Source of the DNA: an uncultured Gemmatimonadales bacterium
Lineage (GTDB): Bacteria > Gemmatimonadota > Gemmatimonadetes > Longimicrobiales > RSA9
Direction: 5' to 3'
Length of the DNA: 64,000 nucleotides
Assembly (NCBI GenBank): GCA_963708135.1
Contig: OY970192.1
Location: 2,413,465 to 2,477,464 of the forward strand
In this document: positions 54,340-62,596 of the stretch, piece after piece
Layout: every line of letters begins with the position of its first letter
Numbering within the stretch: position 1 is the first letter of the stretch
Position numbers and translations under genes: made by a program
Notes under the pieces: generated by a model
What the model saw: the letters and a program-made list of their open reading frames with translations, nothing else
Told to the model about the DNA's origin: nothing
Database searches by the model: none

Positions 54340-57309
54340 TCAGGGCCGCAGCACCATGATCTTGCGCGTGACCGCGCCGTCCGGCAGCTCCACGACGAGC
54401 AGGTAGAGCCCGTTGGCGACGGCGCTGCCGCGCTCGTTCTCGAGCGTCCACGCCACGCTGCCCTCGCCGAGCGCCGAGCCGGCCGCTCCCCAGACGCGGC
54501 GGCCGGAGAGGGTGTAGATGCCGACCGAGCGCGGCGTGACGCCGTAGTTGATGATGAGCCGCTGCCCGCGCACCGGGTTCTCCGAGAGCGCCACCCGCTC
54601 CCCGGGCTCGAGCAGGGAGGCGGCGCGGTCCGCGGAGGCCACCGGCCCCGCCGCGCCCGTGCGCCGGTTCTGGGCGCCCGAGAGCGTCCCCTCCGAGCGG
54701 GTCTCCTCGGGCAGGTAGCGCGCGGCGAAGTGCGTCGCGTTCGGGGAGGCACCGCTGAGGCGCAGCGTCAGCAGCTCGTCGCGGGCCTCCCCCGCCGGCA
54801 CCACCACCGCGGGCGCGAAGGTCACGCGGCCCACGCCCGCCAGACGCGCGGCCACCTCGGCGTCCACGGGCTCGTCCGGCCCCGGCACGCCGTCGCCGTT
54901 CAGGTCCCGCACGAGCAGCGCCACGGCGGCGCTGTCGCGGCCGGTCACGTCGAAGCCCAGGCGTGTCACGGCCTGCGCCTCCGCAGAGTCGGCCACCAGG
55001 TGAACGGCGAGGAGCGGGACGAGCGTGCCGGCCCGCGTGCTGGTGGCGGGCGGGGCGGCGAGCGCCGCCACGTCCATCGCCAGCGACCCCGGGGGCGGCC
55101 CGAGCGCGTGCACGGCGGCCGCCACGTCCAGCTTGCCGTACCCCCACTGCGCGTTGGGCGTGCCCTCCGGCTCGCCCGTGTAGGGGTGGCGCGTGAAGGC
55201 ATCCTCCGCCGCGGCGCCGGTCAGCAGCGTGCGCGCCGCCTCGGGCGTGAGCGCGGGCCGCAGCTCGAGCAGCAGCGCCACCGCCCCGGTCACGAACGGC
55301 GCCGCCATGCTGGTGCCGAAGAGCACGGCGTGGCGGCCGTCCGCCTCGACGAAGTTCGGCAGCTTGGCCCAGAGGGTGGCATCCCGACTCATGGAGGACA
55401 CCACGACCTTGCCGGGCGCGGCGATCTCCGGCTTGAGCACGCCGTCGCGGCGTGGCCCGGGATCGCTGAAGAAGCCGATGTCGCCGAGCGGCTCCCGGTA
55501 CGGGAACGTCTGCGGCCCGGCCGCGGCCGTCCACGTCTCGCGCGAGGCGAAGGCCGCGACCGTGATCGCGCGCGTGGCGGAGCCGGGAGAGGAGACGAGG
55601 GTGCGGTTGTCGGAGGGGTCGAGCGAGGTGAGCTCCGTCGCCGTGGCGAGCGTGCTGCCCACGAGCCACATGTGCCAGGCACCGCCGTCCGCGATGTGCG
55701 CGCCGTCGAGGGTGATGGACCACGCACCGGGCACCGGCGGCTGCGCGGCGTCCTCGTCGAACACGGTGATGAGCGCCTCGCGGTCGCCATCGTTCGGGTC
55801 CCGGCCGCCCGAGGCGTTGTCGATCGCGATCGCGCCGTCCGGCGTGGCCACGATGGCGGTGTCGCCCATGGCGACGGCGACGCTGTAGCCGGCCGGCGTG
55901 GTCACGCGGATCGTCACCGAGTCCGCGCCGCCGTACCAGAGGTCGAGGACCGCGCCATCATCCACGGCGCCGGAGCCCGGCGTGTAGCTGGGCACCACCA
56001 GGTGGGTGGTGGCGCTTCCGCCGGGCGCGAGGGCGCCCGCCGCGTGCACCGGCGCACGCACGAAGGCCGGCGATTCGTTACCGTTGACCGCCTGGTTCCC
56101 CGCCACGGTGACGACGATGCGGCCCGCCCCCACGAGCTGGTCGATCGCCTGCTCGAAGAGCGTGGTGCCGTCGTGCGGGCCGAGCTGCGTGCCGAGCGAG
56201 AGGTTCACGACCGCCGGCTCCCCCAGCGCCGCCGCGCGGTCGAAGATGTAGGCCAGGCCGTCCAGCAGCCGGTCCGTCGTGAACGCGCCGTCGCCGCCCT
56301 TCACCACGATCAGGTCCGCGGCCGGGGCCACGCCCGCGAAGCGGTACGCCGGCTCGCCGTTGCCGGTGGCCGCCCCGTCGCCTGCCGCGATCCCGGCCAC
56401 GTGGGTGCCGTGCCCCACCCGGTCCACGAGCGCGCATCCGCCCGCGTCGATCAGCGCCGAGGAGCACTCCTCGCCGTAGTCGAAGACATCGCCGCCGACC
56501 GCGCCCGGCGCCGCGCCGCTCCCCGTCTGGTCCCACGCGTAGAGCACGCGTGTGGCGCCGGCGCCGTCCCGGAAGTCCTCGTGGGCGAGGTCCACCCCGC
56601 TGTCGTAGATGCCGACGACGACACCCTGCCCGGCGAGCCCCAGGAACCGGCTGCCCTCCCGCTGCCGCAGCGCGTCGGCATCCACGTCGCCCACCCCGAC
56701 CTCGTCCGTCCCGACGACGTCCCCCGTCACCAGCGCGGCGCGCGCCGGGGCCGCCGGGCCGGGCGGCCCACCGGGGGCGCCGGCGGCGACGGGCCGACTC
56801 GGCCCCGGCGCCACTCGCTCGCCGCCGCGCGCCGCCGCGGACAGTCCCGCCGCCGTGGCCGGCGCCGCGGGCGCGAGCCGGGCCGCCGCCTCCATGAAGC
56901 GGATCCCCGGCGTCCGGCCGAGCGCGCCGAGCGCGTCCACCGGGACGAGCGCGCTGACGATGTCGCCCACGCGCGCCCCCATGCGCGCCCCCGCGGCGCG
57001 CAGCACGGCCACCCCGCCGGCCTCCACCCGCACGAGCGCGTGAACGTACGCGCGGCCGCCCGGGCCGGCGGTCTCGACGGCGGCGGCGGCGAGGAAGGGC
57101 GGCACCGCGGCGGCAGCCGCGCCGGGGGAGGCGGCACCCGGCCGCGCGCCCTCCGCGCGCGAGGCGGGGCCCGGCTCCGCGGCGAGCGGGGCGGCCGCGC
57201 GCGAGGCCAGGAAGCGGAGCGGCGCGTCCATGCGCGCCTGCGCCTGCCCCGCGGCCGGCGCGGCGCTCAGCAGCAGGACCAGTCCGGCGGCGGTCAGCAG
57301 TCTATGCAT
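54340..57309 (-). CDS. S8-family (subtilisin-like) serine peptidase with T9SS-type C-terminal sorting domain
   Basis: Start MHRLLTAAGLVLLLSAAPAAGQAQA (signal peptide); catalytic D (IYDSGVD), H (HGTHVAGIAAG), S (GTSMAAPFVTGA); C-terminal ~90 aa beta-rich tail (LIINYGVTPRSVGIYTLSGRRVW...GLYLLVVELPDGAVTRKIMVLRP) resembles Por_Secre_tail. Confidence 0.85.
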   Translation of the reverse strand: MHRLLTAAGLVLLLSAAPAAGQAQARMDAPLRFLASRAAAPLAAEPGPASRAEGARPGAASPGAAAAAVPPFLAAAAVETAGPGGRAYVHALVRVEAGGVAVLRAAGARMGARVGDIVSALVPVDALGALGRTPGIRFMEAAARLAPAAPATAAGLSAAARGGERVAPGPSRPVAAGAPGGPPGPAAPARAALVTGDVVGTDEVGVGDVDADALRQREGSRFLGLAGQGVVVGIYDSGVDLAHEDFRDGAGATRVLYAWDQTGSGAAPGAVGGDVFDYGEECSSALIDAGGCALVDRVGHGTHVAGIAAGDGAATGNGEPAYRFAGVAPAADLIVVKGGDGAFTTDRLLDGLAYIFDRAAALGEPAVVNLSLGTQLGPHDGTTLFEQAIDQLVGAGRIVVTVAGNQAVNGNESPAFVRAPVHAAGALAPGGSATTHLVVPSYTPGSGAVDDGAVLDLWYGGADSVTIRVTTPAGYSVAVAMGDTAIVATPDGAIAIDNASGGRDPNDGDREALITVFDEDAAQPPVPGAWSITLDGAHIADGGAWHMWLVGSTLATATELTSLDPSDNRTLVSSPGSATRAITVAAFASRETWTAAAGPQTFPYREPLGDIGFFSDPGPRRDGVLKPEIAAPGKVVVSSMSRDATLWAKLPNFVEADGRHAVLFGTSMAAPFVTGAVALLLELRPALTPEAARTLLTGAAAEDAFTRHPYTGEPEGTPNAQWGYGKLDVAAAVHALGPPPGSLAMDVAALAAPPATSTRAGTLVPLLAVHLVADSAEAQAVTRLGFDVTGRDSAAVALLVRDLNGDGVPGPDEPVDAEVAARLAGVGRVTFAPAVVVPAGEARDELLTLRLSGASPNATHFAARYLPEETRSEGTLSGAQNRRTGAAGPVASADRAASLLEPGERVALSENPVRGQRLIINYGVTPRSVGIYTLSGRRVWGAAGSALGEGSVAWTLENERGSAVANGLYLLVVELPDGAVTRKIMVLRP

Positions 57310-57435
57310 GAAGATGATGCTGGGGCAGCGGGAATCCGGCATGGAAGTTAGGCGGCCGCGGGAGCCTCCACAAGCGACGGCGCCAGTGCCCGGGCGCACC
57401 ATCGCCGAAGCCTGTGTCCTGTCACGACACCAGTG

Positions 57436-57492
57436 GACCGTATCTGAAGTTCGGTGAGCACCGAATGCCATCGCTACTTCGGATACGGTCCG
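57436..57492 (-). other. Nested stem-loop RNA structure (terminator or leader element) between the DUF1707 gene and the peptidase
   Basis: ggaccgtatc...gatacggtcc perfect 10-bp outer stem enclosing ttcggtg-agc-caccgaa inner hairpin; lower GC than surroundings; starts at the DUF1707 stop. Confidence 0.3.
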
Positions 57493-58158
57493 CTAGCCGC
57501 CGGGCAAGGCGGCGGCGGGCGGCCGCCCGCCGCCGCGCGCGACGTAGCATTCGGCGTAGCCCAGCGTGGCCCGGCCCGTGAGGCGGACCACCGGTACGTC
57601 CTCCGCCTCGGCCCCGCCGCGCCCGCCCCTCACCGAGAAATACCCGGCGAACGCGTGGCCCTCGCTCTCGACACGCACGCCCGCGGGCAGCCGGATCTCG
57701 ACGTACCCCATGAACGCGTGCACCTCGATCTCCGTCGTTCCCGGCTCGAAGCGCGCGTGCGTGAGGTCGAGCTCCACGTAACCGAGCCGGGCGTGCAGGC
57801 GCAGGTGCCGCGGCGCGACGCCCGTGATCCGCACCTCCTGCCCCGACAGGAAAGCCCCCACTTCGCGCGGCGCCGGCGCCGGAACACCGGCGCCGGCGTT
57901 GCTGGGACCACCAGCGGCCTGCTCGGCCGCGAGCCCGGCGAGCACCGCCTCGAGCTCGGCGGGCGTCCTCGCGCGGTAGACCCGGTCGAGGAGCGACTCC
58001 AGCTCGGCCTCGCCGAGCTCGTCGGCCGCGTACCGGCGCGTCAGCATCGCGACCGCCCGCTCCCGCGCCGCCGGCGCAGGCGCGGGGGCAGGCGCCGGCG
58101 TGGGCGCGAATGGCTCGGGTCGCTCGGGGTCGGTCGGCGCGGGCATCGCATCCTCCAT
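57493..58158 (-). CDS. DUF1707 (SHOCT-like) plus LiaF-like C-terminal domain protein
   Basis: Start set at MEDAMPAPTDPERPEPF; Pro/Ala-rich linker, DUF1707-like helix pair (RERAVAMLTRRYAADELGEAELESLLDRVYRART), C-terminal repeated Gly/Tyr beta strands (FMGYVEIRLPAGVRVESEGHAFAGYFSVRG) as in the LiaF family; upstream in-frame extension unclear. Confidence 0.6.
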   Translation of the reverse strand: MEDAMPAPTDPERPEPFAPTPAPAPAPAPAARERAVAMLTRRYAADELGEAELESLLDRVYRARTPAELEAVLAGLAAEQAAGGPSNAGAGVPAPAPREVGAFLSGQEVRITGVAPRHLRLHARLGYVELDLTHARFEPGTTEIEVHAFMGYVEIRLPAGVRVESEGHAFAGYFSVRGGRGGAEAEDVPVVRLTGRATLGYAECYVARGGGRPPAAALPGG

Positions 58159-58390
58159 CGGAGACAGCACCACGGTAGGCTCCCGCCGGCCCCCGGTCAA
58201 CGCGCCGGCCGGCACCGGAGCCCACCCGTGTAGCGGCGCCGGGCAGGCGATCGGCCCCGACGCAGAGCGCCCGGCGAGCCGATCGACCGCCGACGCGGAC
58301 GCGCTCGGCGGCGCGACCACCCGCGGGCGCGGAACCGCCGGCCGCCCGATCACCCCGGCAGTCCTCGGCCGCCCCGACCGTCTCCCACTC

Positions 58391-58409
58391 TCCCACTCCC
58401 GGGGGGCGG
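58391..58409 (-). repeat. (GAGTGGGA)2 octamer array, inverted copy of the 53833 array
   Basis: Plus strand gtc-tcccactc-tcccactc-ccgggg is the reverse complement of gagtgggagagtgggagac; 19-nt exact match with 53841-53859. Confidence 0.5.
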
Positions 58410-58486
58410 GCACGATGGCGCTGCCCGGCTGGCCCCGTCACCACCACCCGCCTACCTTCCAGAATCCCCTCGCCCGGAGGAGTCCC

Positions 58487-59647
58487 ATGCACGGGAGCAC
58501 CATGCGCGCCGCGGCCGCCCAGCTCACGCTCCTGCTGGCGCTCGGGCCCGCCGCGCGTGCCCAGACACCGGCCGCGGGCGGGTTCGTGGCCACGATCGGG
58601 ACGGGCACCCTCGACACCGTGGCCGTCGAGCACTACACCCGCACGCCCACCCGCCTCATCGGCAGCAGCGCCGTGGCGAATCCGCGCGCGCAGATCCGGA
58701 CGTACGACGTGTCCTTCTCGCCCGCCGGGCGCGTCGAGCGCATCCATCTGACCGCCGGCGCACCCGGGACCCCGCCCGACCTCACTGCCGACTACGTCTA
58801 CTCCGGCGACAGCGTGACGGTCACTATGCACCGCGACACCGCCAGCCGGCGCTACGCCGTGGCCACCCACGGCGAGCGGCCGCTTCCCTTCTTCGAGGAC
58901 CTGTTCGGCTTCTGGGAGGTGGCCATCGGCCAGGCCGCCGCCGGGCAGGCCGATAGCGCGACGTTGGAAGCCCTGGCCGGGCGACAGGTCCTGCCGATCA
59001 CCGTGGTTCGCCGCGGCCCGGGCCGCGTGGACTTCGGCTTTCCGGACTGGGGCACCGTCCACGCCACGCTGGACGCCGGCCACCGCTTCCGCCGCCTCGA
59101 CATGACGGAGACCACCAACAAGTACACTGTGCTGCCGGCCTCCGCCGTGGACGTGGAGCACGTCGCGGCCACCTGGGCCGCCCGCCCGCAGCCGGGGCAG
59201 CTCTCTCCCCGCGATACCGCGGAGGCCGCTGTCGGCGCCGCCCACATCGTCGTGGACTACGGCCGCCCATCCATGCGCGGGCGGAAGGTTTTCGGGGGCA
59301 TCGTGCCGTGGAACGCAGTATGGCGGACGGGGGCGAACGCGGCCACGCAGCTCATCACGGACCGCGACCTCGAGATCGGCGGCACGCTCGTGCCCGCCGG
59401 CACCTATTCGCTCTTCAGCCTCCCGACCGAGAGCGGCTGGACCCTGATCATCAACAGCCAGCACGGCCAGTGGGGCACCGAGTACCACCCCGAGCAGGAT
59501 CTCGCCCGCATCCCCCTGACCGTGACGCGGCTCGCCGATCCCGTCGAGCGGTTCACGATCGCGGTCACGCCCGCGGACGCGGGTGCCGGCACGCTGGACC
59601 TGGCGTGGGAGCGGACGAAGGGGAGCGTCGCCGTCCGGGTGAAGTAG
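58487..59647 (+). CDS. DUF2911-domain secreted protein
   Basis: Start MHGSTMRAAAAQLTLLLALGPAARAQ (RBS ggaggag); C-terminal half (GGIVPWNAVWRTGANAATQL...GTYSLFSLPTESGWTLIINSQHGQWGTEYHPEQD) matches the DUF2911 pattern. Confidence 0.7.
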   Translation: MHGSTMRAAAAQLTLLLALGPAARAQTPAAGGFVATIGTGTLDTVAVEHYTRTPTRLIGSSAVANPRAQIRTYDVSFSPAGRVERIHLTAGAPGTPPDLTADYVYSGDSVTVTMHRDTASRRYAVATHGERPLPFFEDLFGFWEVAIGQAAAGQADSATLEALAGRQVLPITVVRRGPGRVDFGFPDWGTVHATLDAGHRFRRLDMTETTNKYTVLPASAVDVEHVAATWAARPQPGQLSPRDTAEAAVGAAHIVVDYGRPSMRGRKVFGGIVPWNAVWRTGANAATQLITDRDLEIGGTLVPAGTYSLFSLPTESGWTLIINSQHGQWGTEYHPEQDLARIPLTVTRLADPVERFTIAVTPADAGAGTLDLAWERTKGSVAVRVK

Positions 59648-59729
59648 GAGCGCCGGCCGGCGACGGCGCGGCAGCCGCGGGTCGAGAACGCGCGCCGGAC
59701 GCGGGCGGCGGGCGCGTCGCCTTCGGCGC

Positions 59730-60206
59730 TCAGGTCCCCCAGGGGTCGAAGCCGAGCATGATGTAGTCGCCGGAGCGGCCCTCGAGCGCGGCGGCGCCGC
59801 TGTCGATCGCCTCGAGCGACTCCTCCGCCTCACCGACCGCCGCGGCGGCCTCGCGGATCGCCTGGAGCACGCCCCTCACCTGCGCGAGCTGGAGCAGGAC
59901 GTACGCCTTGGGCGCGGCATCGGAGCCGCGCGGCTCGACGACCAGGTCCACGAGGTCCGTCTCCTGGGAGATCTTCCACACATCGCCCGTCTTCTTCAGC
60001 AGCTTGTCCGCCGCCTTCACGTCCGCGTGCAGCGTGCGCACCATCTTCTGCACCTCGCGGTCGCTGTTCCCGCGCTGGCGCGAGAAGCGCTGGGCCAGTC
60101 CCGCGGCGTCGCCCTCCTCCCGGCGCTGCGCCGTGCGGGCGAGCAGCTCGCCCACATAGGCGTAGATGCCGACAACGATGGGGATCGGATCGAGTGCGAC
60201 GCGCAT
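59730..60206 (-). CDS. hypothetical protein (158 aa)
   Basis: Start MRVALDPIPIVVGIYAYVGELLARTAQ (cat 60204-60206; RBS gaggag); no family recognised by eye. Confidence 0.5.
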   Translation of the reverse strand: MRVALDPIPIVVGIYAYVGELLARTAQRREEGDAAGLAQRFSRQRGNSDREVQKMVRTLHADVKAADKLLKKTGDVWKISQETDLVDLVVEPRGSDAAPKAYVLLQLAQVRGVLQAIREAAAAVGEAEESLEAIDSGAAALEGRSGDYIMLGFDPWGT

Positions 60207-60335
60207 GGAGCTCCTCTCTCTGGGCTGCCGGCCGGCCCTGCTCCGTCCGCCGGGGGGCCGCGGGGGCAGAAGGATGCGCGCCGCGGCGGGCGGCGTCAAC
60301 CGGGGCGAGGCGGGCTCGCGCGAAGCCGGCCGGCG

Positions 60336-60344
60336 TGATAGAAT
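60336..60344 (+). promoter_or_regulatory. Extended -10 promoter candidate (TGATAGAAT) for the 60379 lipoprotein gene
   Basis: tgatagaat at 60336-60344, ~35 nt upstream of the ATG in a divergent intergenic region; -35 is weak. Confidence 0.3.
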
Positions 60345-60378
60345 GGCGCGTCGCCCGAACCGAACCACCGGAGGATGC

Positions 60379-60759
60379 ATGCGCAGGATCGTCCGCGTCG
60401 CCCTGCTCGCCGCCGCCGCGGCCGGCATGTCCGCCTGCAAGGACCTGGGACTGCGCCACGCAAGGGACCTGCCGTACGACCAGGCCGAGAACGCGCCCAC
60501 GCCGCAGTGGGCCTACCAGGCAGCGGATCCGAAGAACCCGAAGCCGTACGAAGCCCACACCGACAAGCGCTTCAGCTACGCCGGCCGCACGTGGGTGGTG
60601 GCGTTCCCGCGCTACGCGCTGCCGGCCGGCTCCATGCGCAGCGTCGGCACCGTGGACGGCCTGCAGGTCAGCGCCCTCGCCTGGGACGACGCGCCCTACG
60701 ACCAGCTGTTCGTGCCGGCGGGCGGCGGAAGCTGGCAGGCGGCGGAGCCGGTGTACTAG
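60379..60759 (+). CDS. hypothetical lipoprotein (126 aa)
   Basis: MRRIVRVALLAAAAAGMSAC lipobox-type signal; RBS ggagg. Confidence 0.6.
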   Translation: MRRIVRVALLAAAAAGMSACKDLGLRHARDLPYDQAENAPTPQWAYQAADPKNPKPYEAHTDKRFSYAGRTWVVAFPRYALPAGSMRSVGTVDGLQVSALAWDDAPYDQLFVPAGGGSWQAAEPVY

Positions 60760-60816
60760 GGATTCGGGATTCGGGATGCGGAGGCGGGCCCGCTCGGCGA
60801 GCGGGCCCGCGGTGCA

Positions 60817-61236
60817 TCAGCCGGGGGCGTCGGGCTCCGGCGGCGGCGCCTGCTTCGCGGTATCCGCCTGCTTGGCGGCGGGCGTGACGTCCCCGGCGGG
60901 CGGCCGGTCCTGCGGGGGCGCTTCGCGCGTGGAATCGGCGGGCGGCGTGATCGGGCCGGGCTCGCTCGGCGGCGGCGAGCGTCGCCCACCCACCGACTTT
61001 CCCACTCCCCCACCCGGGGCGGAGGGCGGCGGCGGGGCCGCCGGTGGCGCATCGTCGCGGGCCAGCACGCGCCAGATGCCGATGCCGCCGAGAAGCGCGC
61101 CGGCGAGCACGAGGGCGGGGAGGAGCGGGTTGCCGGCGCCGCTCAGCAGCCTGCTGACGGCGGCCAGCACGAAGACGACGGTGAAGACCGTCCAGACGAT
61201 CGCGCCTATGCGGGGGCGCCACGCCGTTCCACTCAT
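60817..61236 (-). CDS. small membrane protein with Pro-rich C-terminal tail
   Basis: Start set at MSGTAWRPRIGAIVWTVFTVVFVLAAV, two predicted TM helices, then PPAAPPPPSAPGG... Confidence 0.5.
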   Translation of the reverse strand: MSGTAWRPRIGAIVWTVFTVVFVLAAVSRLLSGAGNPLLPALVLAGALLGGIGIWRVLARDDAPPAAPPPPSAPGGGVGKSVGGRRSPPPSEPGPITPPADSTREAPPQDRPPAGDVTPAAKQADTAKQAPPPEPDAPG

Positions 61237-61240
61237 CCGC

Positions 61241-62365
61241 TCAGTCCGTTTCCTTCCCCTGGAGCAGCGGCTCGCACGGCTCGAGGCGCGCGCCGCTCTC
61301 GTCGGCCACGGCATAGCGCTGGCCCGGGTACATGGCCACGCCGGCGTGCTCGCCGGCCCTGGTCAGGATATAGAAGTTGAGCCCGAAGTTCGGCAGCCCG
61401 CGCGCGTTCAGCAGCCGCTTCTCGACGGTGTTGCGCTGGACCCGCCGCAGCGCATCGAGCCCGGCGTCCTTGGGGTGCATCCCGCGGCGGAGGTTTTCGA
61501 CGATGAGGAACGAGCACAGGTTGTAGAGGTTCGCCTCGCCCCGCCCCGTGGAGCCGGCCGCGCCCACGTCGTTGTCGACGTAGAGGCCGGCGCCGAGGAT
61601 CGGCGAGTCGCCCACGCGGCCCGGGATCTTGAAGGCCAGCCCGCTCGTCGTGGTGACGCCGCACACGTCGCCTGTGGCGTTCACGCCGTCGCAGTTGATG
61701 GTGCCGTAGTAGTGGTCGGCGTCGATCAGCCCCTCGCGGATCATCTCGAGCCCGACCCGCCGGCCGGCCTCCTCGCGCTCCTTCGGGTTTGGGTAGCTGT
61801 CCGGGTTCGTACGCCGCTTCCACTCGAGCCAGAGCCGGCGCGAGAGGTCGGTATTCAGGTCGTCCTCGATGGTGTAGCCCATCATGCGCGCGAAGTGCTG
61901 CGCCCCGGCGCCCGCGAGCAGCAGGTTGTCGGTCTCGTTCATGACGTCGCGCGCCACGTGCGAGGGGGTGCGCACGCCCTCCAGCGCGGCCACGCCGCCC
62001 GCCCGCCTCCTCGGCCCGTGCATGCAGCAGGCGTCCAGCTGCACCACGCCGTCCGCGTTCGGCAGCCCGCCGTAGCCGACGTAGGGGTCCGCCGGGTCCA
62101 GCTCCACGATGCTCACGCCCGCGATGAGAGCGTCCAGCACATCCGCCCCGCCCGAGATCATCGCAAACGCCTTCTCCACGCACGTGTGCCCATCGGCATC
62201 CTTCGAATCCATGCCGTTCGCCGCGGCAATCACCACCGGCCGCGACGCCGACCGACGGTGGACCGTCGGCGCGGGAAACGCCAGGGCCGCCCCCGGCGCG
62301 GCGGCGGCGAGGCCGGCGACGGCGCCGGCCGCCACGAACTCGCGGCGGTTCATCCTCCGTTCCAT
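61241..62365 (-). CDS. Ntn-hydrolase asparaginase-2 family (glycosylasparaginase or isoaspartyl peptidase) with Tat signal
   Basis: MNRREFVAAGAVAGLAAAAPGAALA twin-arginine motif; autoproteolytic nucleophile region DHYYGTINCD...GRVGDSPILGAGLYVDNDVGAAGSTGRGE. Confidence 0.8.
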   Translation of the reverse strand: MERRMNRREFVAAGAVAGLAAAAPGAALAFPAPTVHRRSASRPVVIAAANGMDSKDADGHTCVEKAFAMISGGADVLDALIAGVSIVELDPADPYVGYGGLPNADGVVQLDACCMHGPRRRAGGVAALEGVRTPSHVARDVMNETDNLLLAGAGAQHFARMMGYTIEDDLNTDLSRRLWLEWKRRTNPDSYPNPKEREEAGRRVGLEMIREGLIDADHYYGTINCDGVNATGDVCGVTTTSGLAFKIPGRVGDSPILGAGLYVDNDVGAAGSTGRGEANLYNLCSFLIVENLRRGMHPKDAGLDALRRVQRNTVEKRLLNARGLPNFGLNFYILTRAGEHAGVAMYPGQRYAVADESGARLEPCEPLLQGKETD

Positions 62366-62596
62366 GCTTCCTCCCGGACGTGGCGGGCTACGGCTGGAGA
62401 GGGAATGCGACGGGGTCCATTTTCCCCTCTCCCGCCCCGCCCGTCAAGCCGCCGCGCTGCGCCGACGATCTGCTTGACCACCCAGCCCGCAGCGACTACC
62501 ATCCCGTCTTTCGGAATCCGGGCGGACCGTAACGGCGCGACGCACCCGCGGGTGCGCGCGCCTTGTGTCTTGTATCACCCACGCCCCAGGGAGCGA

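Noticed and set aside
53843-54406. 187-aa and 80-aa plus-strand ORFs across the SSR locus (PLPLPPPPPPPPEPAP...)
   Set aside because: Driven entirely by microsatellite sequence; overlaps the convergent small gene on the other strand
57493-58413. N-terminal 85-aa extension of the DUF1707 ORF (MPAPREWESGRRSG...)
   Set aside because: Contains the octamer-repeat sequence and has mixed third-position composition; the conserved DUF1707 region begins after the internal MEDAM start, so the extension is treated as 5' UTR, though it cannot be excluded
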